The notes under the pieces: model-generated | Databases searched by the model: none | What the model saw: only the letters and a program-made list of their open reading frames with translations | Told to the model about the DNA's origin: nothing | NCBI GenBank assembly: GCA_045657165.1 | Contig: JAZOSP010000035.1 | Location: 1-53,633, forward strand | DNA: 53,633 bases | Direction: 5' to 3' | Source of the DNA: Eubacteriales bacterium | GTDB lineage: Bacteria; Bacillota; Clostridia; Oscillospirales; CAG-272 | Position numbers and translations under genes: made by a program | Shown here: piece after piece, positions 47,708 to 53,633 of the stretch | Layout: each line of letters begins with the position of its first letter | How positions within the stretch are numbered: the stretch's first letter is position 1

Positions 47708-48826
47708 GTGCGGGTACTGCTAAAGATTTCACTGTCCGGGGTACGGAAGAATTTCAAGAGGTACGTATATTACGCTATTTCTATTCTTGTTTCAATGTCT
47801 ATGATATCCTTTATCTGCCAATTTTCATATGAGCTAACCTCTTTTATAAACACAAACTCTTCATTTGCACCCGGTACGGTTATAGATTTCATAGAGAAGC
47901 GTGTTATTGGCGAGCTTACTATACTAATGATTTTCATTATCCTCACCACGCTCGTATCAGTGTATGTTTACTCTAGCGCTCAAAGGGAGGAAAAGCGACA
48001 AACGCTCGCAGTGCTTACGTGCATAGGCGCGAGCTCAGCGCAAAAGAGGGGGATACTGTTGCTTGAGGCAGTTACGCTCTACTCGTTACCAATGATTTTG
48101 GGAGTGCTATGCGGTATACTTCCCGCGAGAAGCGCGGCAAGCAGCCTTATAAGAGGCTTCGCTACCTCGGGTACGCTATATTTTTATCCAGAAACTGCTA
48201 TAGGAATCACTTCTGCCTTGTTTATCATCGGTATGGCCCTCATCTGCGCATTTTCCCTACTTGCACTCGAGAGGCGACGAGCCTCCGTCATTTCAAGCGT
48301 CAGGCGCTTTAACAAGCGCGAGGCTACCGAGCGACATACGTACAGAAGCTCATACACCTTTAGGAATATGCCGATAACGAAGCGTCTTGCTAAAAAGAGC
48401 GTGGACTACCACGCTCAAGCCTACGGTAGAATAGCCGCCATATTTGCAGCAACCGCGCTCTACCCTGTTATCGCTATTCTTTTCTTCCACAATATCGCTG
48501 CCGAATCCGTAGTGGTGGACACAAATCCCTATGACGGCGTTGACACCTCAGCCATTACAATCAGAGCCGTAGATAACATTATGCTATTCTTTACCATCGG
48601 CTTTTTGATACTCTTTTCGGTGGGAATAATACAGCTTGTCAATATGATAAAAATTCAGAATGCACTGAGGCGCGGCTCCTTAAGAATATACATGGCGTCC
48701 GGTATGACAGAAAAGCAATTCCGCGAGGTTCTGAAATACGAATACCTGAGTGTGCTCGCCCGCGTAGTTATAGCACTTATATTCAGCATAATAATTATTT
48801 GGTTTGCCTTTACGGGTTTAGGATGA
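47708..48826 (+). CDS. FtsX-like ABC permease
   Basis: GTG after AGGAG; two FtsX-type motifs (LAVLTCIGASSAQ..LLEA and IYMASGMTEKQF..YEY). Confidence 0.8.
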   Translation: MRVLLKISLSGVRKNFKRYVYYAISILVSMSMISFICQFSYELTSFINTNSSFAPGTVIDFIEKRVIGELTILMIFIILTTLVSVYVYSSAQREEKRQTLAVLTCIGASSAQKRGILLLEAVTLYSLPMILGVLCGILPARSAASSLIRGFATSGTLYFYPETAIGITSALFIIGMALICAFSLLALERRRASVISSVRRFNKREATERHTYRSSYTFRNMPITKRLAKKSVDYHAQAYGRIAAIFAATALYPVIAILFFHNIAAESVVVDTNPYDGVDTSAITIRAVDNIMLFFTIGFLILFSVGIIQLVNMIKIQNALRRGSLRIYMASGMTEKQFREVLKYEYLSVLARVVIALIFSIIIIWFAFTGLG

Positions 48827-48827
48827 C

Positions 48828-48924
48828 AGAACCATCCGCACTTCATGCGAAAGGCTCGGAATCAAAGGGCGCGTAATAAAAATACAAGTACACGGCTTGT
48901 GAACCGTAACTTGCGCCCTGGAGG
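48828..48924 (-). repeat. Degenerate copy of tRNA-Arg 3' end, terminator arm and downstream hairpin
   Basis: Aligns to 49021-49122 (CGGAATCAAAG, CGTAATAAAAATACA.GTACACGGCT, GCGCCCTGGAGG) at an offset of about 192-198 nt. Confidence 0.8.
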
Positions 48925-49067
48925 GTATGGCTGCGCGGGGTATAATTTTGATTTTTCGCTATGTTAAGTGCTACGGCATTGTATTATCTCCGCGCGCCGC
49001 CAGATACCGCAAGCGGTATGCGAACCTTCTGCACTTCGTGCAAAGGTTCGGAATCAAAGAGCACGTA

Positions 49068-49107
49068 ATAAAAATACAGGTACACGGCTGTGTACCTGTA
49101 TTTTTAT
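49068..49107 (-). terminator. Terminator of the tRNA operon
   Basis: Perfect 18-bp inverted repeat ATAAAAATACAGGTACAC/GTGTACCTGTATTTTTAT. Confidence 0.85.
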
Positions 49108-49182
49108 GGCGCGCCCTGGAGGATTCGAACCTTCGACCTACCGGTTCGTAGCCGGGCACTCTATCCACTGAGCTAAGGGCGC
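49107..49182 (-). tRNA. tRNA-Arg (ACG)
   Basis: GCGCCCTTAGCTCAGTGGATAGAG...CTACGAA...GGTTCGAATCC...GGGCGCGCCA; 76 nt with encoded CCA. Confidence 0.96.
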
Positions 49183-49189
49183 GTACGTA

Positions 49190-49263
<74 letters not shown>

Positions 49264-49283
49264 ATTGCTTCAAAAGCCATTAT

Positions 49284-49312
49284 ATGATACCACAAAACTT
49301 ACCGTTTGTCAA
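49284..49312 (-). promoter_or_regulatory. Sigma-A promoter of the tRNA-Gly/tRNA-Arg operon
   Basis: TTGACA-N17-TATCAT with extended TG and an A-rich UP element. Confidence 0.75.
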
Positions 49313-49342
49313 TACCTTTTTGAAATATTTTACCTTTATTTT

Positions 49343-49381
49343 TAAGAAATAAGACAGGACCCGATTATTGTCAGGTCCTGC
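49343..49381 (-). terminator. Terminator after the large lipoprotein gene
   Basis: CAGGACCTGA...TCGGGTCCTG followed by TCTTATTTCTT. Confidence 0.65.
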
Positions 49382-49396
49382 CAAGAGAATGTTAAT

Positions 49397-52300
49397 TTAA
49401 TTTGCCGACGAGAAAAGAACTATGCGAGTTACAGAGCCGTCGTACATACCCGAATCTACAGAAAGCCAAACCTCGTACTCAGCACCCTCGGGAAGGTCGA
49501 GCGCCGCAAGCGCCGTATTGATGTCGGAGACTGTAACGGTGAAGGTTGATTTGCCGTCATCGGTATAAGTAACATTTGCCTCAAGGGTAGCATTTGCGGT
49601 TACTACCTCGAGCTTAACAGTACCGTCAACTCTGCCGAAATCTATGCCCGCGTTGCGGTTATGATAGCCTATTACAAAGCCATCATCATTCTCAAGAATT
49701 TCAAGCTCAACCGCGCACATCTTATCACTGTCGGAGGTTACGCCGCAGGCGTCGCAGATGAAGGAGTTTTCATCATTATACATCCACCAGTGTCCGTTAG
49801 GATAAAGCTCGCGTATCGCGCCGTTACCGCAATCGGTGCAGAGATAACCCTCCTCACCAAACTGCGTGCAGGTGGGCTCCTTGTAAATGTAGTCCCAGGT
49901 GTTGCATATGCAAAGCTCCTCGACCTCAAGCTCTCCGTCGGAGCTTGTAATGCACCTCACCTCGTAGCAGCCTCTGTCCGTGCCAAGCGTGTAGATAGAT
50001 GCCGTATGCACCCAAGAGATAAGCTCGCCCGTGGAAATATCGTAAAACTCCTGCTTATAGAGAATTCTATTCGGTGTTCCCCAGAAATACTTGTAAACCG
50101 AGGTTTCAACAGTCTTGACACCCGTTTGTGTGTTGTATATTTCCTCATAAAAGTAATGCCTTGTGCCATCTTCATCGTCAATCGCCACGGCATTCCAATT
50201 ACAGCTCTCGCAGCTGTAATAAACCGTCGCATTGTGCATTGAATCCAAGGTAAATGTGCTTTCAACCTCGTGCTGATATCTACTGTAAGACTGCTCATAA
50301 TTCGGATAAAGCGCGCCGCAATCACACCTTAAAGTCGCAACGTACTCAACGTAGCAGCCGTTAGTGTAGGTGTATTCCTTATGGTTTTTATAGCTGTGAG
50401 AGAAGGAATCTATGTGAGTGCTGACCGTCGCACTCATAAAGACTTCAGTTTCCTCGTCGTAGTTATAATATATCTTCTGTGAGCTACGGTAGGTACAGTC
50501 GTTTACCTTTACGTTGTTGCTTGTATCCTGACGGTATATTATGCCGCAGTCACAGGTATATATCGTGGTAACGATACCGTTTGAATTTGTCGTTGTCTCG
50601 GATTTGAATACGCACTTTGTCGCGCTTGTTGAGCCCGTCTTAACCTCGAGCTTACTCATACCGCAGGCGCAGCGGCGCTCTATGATATAGGTCTTGTGAC
50701 CGCTATCAGAGTAGCGCGAGAGATCATATGTGGGATAAATATCATTGTATCTATGCTGGTTTGAGCCTAAGAGCCCATCGTTCCACCTATCGATTTCGGT
50801 ATCGCAGTCACGGCAGTTCCAGGTGCAGATAAGACCGTCCTCGCAAAGCTCGGAGCCCGGCGCGAGAAGATAGGTGTTATAGGTGTTCTTATGATTATAT
50901 CCGTCAGAGAGCGTGAAGCTCAGGGTATTTTCAGCCGTATCGGTAGCGGCGTCGTAATCTATGAGAACTTCAAGGGTCTTTTTCTCATAGCAGGGACTGT
51001 CACCGCCCTCCGCTACGGTGCGGAAATAGATGATAATACTAAAGCCGCCCCATTCCGCAGGCATACCGTTAGTTAACTCTATTTGCTCGCTGCCCTCATA
51101 ATAAGAATCAAAGCTTCTGCTGTAGCTTCCGTTGCTATCAAAAACCTCAACGCACGAATAAACGTTTTCGCAAACGCAGGCGGTTTTTCTCGCTCTTATC
51201 TCAAGCGTGCCATCAGAGGGGTAACCGAGTGAGGTTAGGTCGATATAATCGGCAAGGTCAACGGTGACCCATTCGGGCTCTATGTAGTTGCCCTCATCAT
51301 CGTAAACCTTGACCTCCTCGTGATAAGCAAACGTACGGGAGACCTCCTCGTAGTCGCAGCCTGATACCTGACATCTACGATACTCTATTACTCCGTCGGA
51401 GCAGGACGTGCCGCCATCGACAAGCTCATACTCGTTTTTGCACTGATGTAGGAAGGGGTCCTTTTCATACACCGTGGTCTTTATATCCTGGCAAACCGAG
51501 CATTTTAACCTATAATAGCCGTCCTCACAGCAGGTTGCGGATTTTTCATCGTAGAACTTATAGTCGTGAGTAGGCTTAATCGGCACCTCCTGAACGTGTC
51601 CGCAGCCCGACACCTGACAGGTATAAACGTACCTGCCGTATTTATCACACGTGGGGGCAACCACCGTGGGTGCTGCAGTAAACTTATGTCCAAGCTCATA
51701 AACGACGTCTGCTACGTAGGTGTCCTTGCAGCGCGTACAAATTTTCGTGGTATAGCCTATGGTGTCGCAGGTAGCCTCTACTCTGCCGCCCTCTTGTGCG
51801 ACGTAGTTGTGACCGTTGGCAAGGCAGGCTTCATCAGGGTTTGCAGAGGTGAATGCATAATTTGAAAAATGAGTCGCCTCAAAGGTAACGAAGCCGCCCC
51901 AATATTCAGCCTCCTTCACCGTGACCTTGCCGTCGTCCGCGATAAACCACACGACGATGCAGTCGGGGTCCTCGCCGCTCGCAAGCGTATAAGGAACGGT
52001 AATTTTTGCCTTACCGCCGTCAAAATCACTGATAACGGTGCTTCCCTGCATTAAGGTGAAATCGTATATATTTTTTCCGTTAAGAGCCGTCTGCTCCGCT
52101 GACGAAAGCTTGTTAAGAACAGCCGCCTTGCTATCTCCCGACAGAGCCTCGGCGCCTATGGCAACCTCACCGTCGGAAAGCTTGGAAACCAACGTGAAGT
52201 CAAGGGTGAGCGATACGTTGCCGACCTTAAGCTCGTTTGCAAGGATATCCGATTTATCAATCTTACCGTCGGCAAGAACGACAACACTCTTATGCTCCGT

Positions 52301-53293
52301 ACAGCCGTTATTGTTGCACTTATAGGGCTGACATTCACCGATGGGGGCTCCGTCTACCACCCAAGTGTGCGCATACGGGTCGGAATAACCTCCCTCGTAG
52401 GAAGCACCCTGACAGCCGTTTACGCAGGTATAGACCTTAACACCCGCGCTCTGACAGGTAGCGTCGGTCTTTATAGATGCCGTGTAAGTATGCCTCGTTT
52501 CGCGAACGGTTTCTTCTGCGCTATCGCCGCACTTTGAGCAGCTACCGCTGTAAAGGACGTCGTATTTACAGCTCTCGCCGTCAACCTTTGTTATAGACTT
52601 GACGTTAAGTACGGAAACGGTATGGCCGAGCGCGGGCGTGGTCTCAACGGTTAAGGCGTAATCGCAATTTTCGCAATCGTATACAGTCTTACCCGACTCG
52701 GTACAGGTAGCGGTGGTGCTGGTTGATACAAGGCTGTGCGACGCGGGGATAACGGTGGCATCGCGCAGTATCATATCGGTGCAATCGGCATCGCTAAAGT
52801 ACTTATCGCAGCCCTCGCAGTCCCAGTACTCAATATTTCCGTCGGTGTCGCAATCAGGCTCTGTCGCGGCAGTATGAGTCGGCGCGTGAGTATGGGAGAG
52901 GGACGGTATAGTCTCCTCCCTTATCGCAGGGCAAAGCTGACAGGTATAGGTCATAAGACCGTCATCGTCATCTGTTGGCGGTTCGGTTTCAACACCCTCG
53001 CCCCAGGTATGTACTACGGTTTCAACGAGCGCGCCGCAGCAGGCGTGCTTCTTATCGTGCTTCGTATTATCAGCGGTGTTTATTACGTAGGTAAAATCGC
53101 CGCTCGAATGGCACGTGGGATCTAATTCACCGTACGACGTGCCGCAAAGTGCGCATTTCGCCTTTTCGGTACAGGTAGCAGTGCCACCCTCGTGGGTACA
53201 GTCGGTGCCGCCGCAGGATACTAAAACGCAAAGTAAGGATATAAGAGCTATTATGCCGAAAAGCATCTTGAATACGTTCTTACAAGCTTTCAT
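49397..53293 (-). CDS. Large Cys/His-repeat surface lipoprotein (~1298 aa) with a central domain ending in THFS
   Basis: AAGGAG RBS; signal peptide II with lipobox LVSC; repeated H-x(n)-(A/P)TC-x3-G-x5-CxxC units; S-layer-associated-type beta domain ending FEATHFSNY. Confidence 0.85.
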   Translation of the reverse strand: MKACKNVFKMLFGIIALISLLCVLVSCGGTDCTHEGGTATCTEKAKCALCGTSYGELDPTCHSSGDFTYVINTADNTKHDKKHACCGALVETVVHTWGEGVETEPPTDDDDGLMTYTCQLCPAIREETIPSLSHTHAPTHTAATEPDCDTDGNIEYWDCEGCDKYFSDADCTDMILRDATVIPASHSLVSTSTTATCTESGKTVYDCENCDYALTVETTPALGHTVSVLNVKSITKVDGESCKYDVLYSGSCSKCGDSAEETVRETRHTYTASIKTDATCQSAGVKVYTCVNGCQGASYEGGYSDPYAHTWVVDGAPIGECQPYKCNNNGCTEHKSVVVLADGKIDKSDILANELKVGNVSLTLDFTLVSKLSDGEVAIGAEALSGDSKAAVLNKLSSAEQTALNGKNIYDFTLMQGSTVISDFDGGKAKITVPYTLASGEDPDCIVVWFIADDGKVTVKEAEYWGGFVTFEATHFSNYAFTSANPDEACLANGHNYVAQEGGRVEATCDTIGYTTKICTRCKDTYVADVVYELGHKFTAAPTVVAPTCDKYGRYVYTCQVSGCGHVQEVPIKPTHDYKFYDEKSATCCEDGYYRLKCSVCQDIKTTVYEKDPFLHQCKNEYELVDGGTSCSDGVIEYRRCQVSGCDYEEVSRTFAYHEEVKVYDDEGNYIEPEWVTVDLADYIDLTSLGYPSDGTLEIRARKTACVCENVYSCVEVFDSNGSYSRSFDSYYEGSEQIELTNGMPAEWGGFSIIIYFRTVAEGGDSPCYEKKTLEVLIDYDAATDTAENTLSFTLSDGYNHKNTYNTYLLAPGSELCEDGLICTWNCRDCDTEIDRWNDGLLGSNQHRYNDIYPTYDLSRYSDSGHKTYIIERRCACGMSKLEVKTGSTSATKCVFKSETTTNSNGIVTTIYTCDCGIIYRQDTSNNVKVNDCTYRSSQKIYYNYDEETEVFMSATVSTHIDSFSHSYKNHKEYTYTNGCYVEYVATLRCDCGALYPNYEQSYSRYQHEVESTFTLDSMHNATVYYSCESCNWNAVAIDDEDGTRHYFYEEIYNTQTGVKTVETSVYKYFWGTPNRILYKQEFYDISTGELISWVHTASIYTLGTDRGCYEVRCITSSDGELEVEELCICNTWDYIYKEPTCTQFGEEGYLCTDCGNGAIRELYPNGHWWMYNDENSFICDACGVTSDSDKMCAVELEILENDDGFVIGYHNRNAGIDFGRVDGTVKLEVVTANATLEANVTYTDDGKSTFTVTVSDINTALAALDLPEGAEYEVWLSVDSGMYDGSVTRIVLFSSAN

Positions 53294-53312
53294 TTTCCAC
53301 TCCTTATTTAAG

Positions 53313-53341
53313 AAAAAGGGCAAAGAGAATTTGCCCTTTTT
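53313..53341 (-). terminator. Intrinsic terminator after leuS
   Basis: AAAAAGGGCAAA-TTCTC-TTTGCCCTTTTT. Confidence 0.8.
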
Positions 53342-53347
53342 ATGTTT

Positions 53348-53561
53348 TTACTTAACAACAATGTTGATGATTTTGCCGGGCACGACGATTTCCTTAACGA
53401 CGGTCTTGCCCTCTATAGCAGCTGCTATCTTCTCATCAGCCTTAACAGCTTTAAGAATTTCGTCCTTAGAGGCAGCCTTCGAAAGCATTATAACGGTCTT
53501 AACCTTACCGTTAATCTGCACAGGCATCTCTACGGTGTCGTCAACGCATTTAGCTTCATCA
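53348..53561 (-). CDS. leuS: Leucine--tRNA ligase, C-terminal fragment (contig end)
   Basis: DEAKCVDDTVEMPVQINGKVK...KEIVVPGKIINIVVK is the LeuRS C-terminal domain. Confidence 0.92.
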
Positions 53562-53633
53562 AAGTCGGATCGTAGCCATGTCGTTCTGTGAGCCAAGGAG
53601 TTGGTTTTCCTAATTGTCTTCCTAAGACCGCTT
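53562..53633 (+). other. MGI/BGISEQ (DNBSEQ) sequencing adapter with 10-nt barcode (artefact)
   Basis: AAGTCGGATCGTAGCCATGTCGTTCTGTGAGCCAAGGAGTTG + GTTTTCCTAA + TTGTCTTCCTAAGACCGCTT (reverse complement of the other MGI adapter arm). Confidence 0.95.

Noticed and set aside
48828-49122. CRISPR array or intact mobile element
   Set aside because: Only two long degenerate copies, no repeat-spacer periodicity, and no cas, integrase or transposase gene in the window.
49107-49182. tRNA-Arg as a pseudogene (A50-C64 and C27-U43 mismatches)
   Set aside because: All invariant bases, CCA, promoter and terminator are intact, and isolated stem mismatches are common.
49397-53293. Multiheme cytochrome interpretation of the CxxC-rich lipoprotein
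   Set aside because: None of the CxxC pairs is followed by His (no CxxCH).
53562-53596. ORF-track N-terminus MAHRTTWLRSD of the 82-aa ORF as a stand-alone LeuRS C-domain protein
   Set aside because: It is translated from sequencing adapter; leuS is simply cut by the contig end.

Overview
A 53.6-kb core-genome segment of a spore-forming Clostridia-type Firmicute, inferred from the yabP/yabQ/SpoVB-like genes, ispH-rpsA fusion, rplU-prp-rpmA and consensus sigma-A promoters. It carries about 47 CDSs: a partial AraC regulator; MBL-glnS-comF; DUF3343 plus a cysteine desulfurase; the glycogen operon glgBCDAP-GH13-aroK; spoVB-like-hup-yabO-yabP-yabQ; cdaA-small TM ORF-FAD oxidoreductase-recJ-rel-dtd-hemZ; Crp/Fnr plus a NitT/TauT-type ABC transporter; rpiR-HI0933-cmk/plsC-ispH/rpsA; AEC, ABC-F, HAD and galE; rplU-prp-rpmA; yqeG-nfo-pepP-efp-CD1247-like; a LolD/FtsX ABC pair; a ~1300-aa Cys-rich lipoprotein; and the 3' end of leuS. 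It also has tRNA-Gly(TCC) and tRNA-Arg(ACG). I found no CRISPR array, integrase, transposase or defence system. The most notable items are (1) the Cys-rich lipoprotein with an internal HF|S autoproteolysis-type motif, (2) an unannotated 52-aa membrane ORF at the cdaR position, (3) a probable internal promoter and RBS for stand-alone S1 inside ispH-rpsA, (4) a structured ~100-nt efp leader, (5) a degenerate duplication of the tRNA-Arg 3' end and terminator with a hairpin cluster, and (6) a perfect palindrome just downstream of the Crp/Fnr -10 element. The last 72 nt are an untrimmed MGI/DNBSEQ adapter with barcode, not biology. All calls are by eye; no searches were run.
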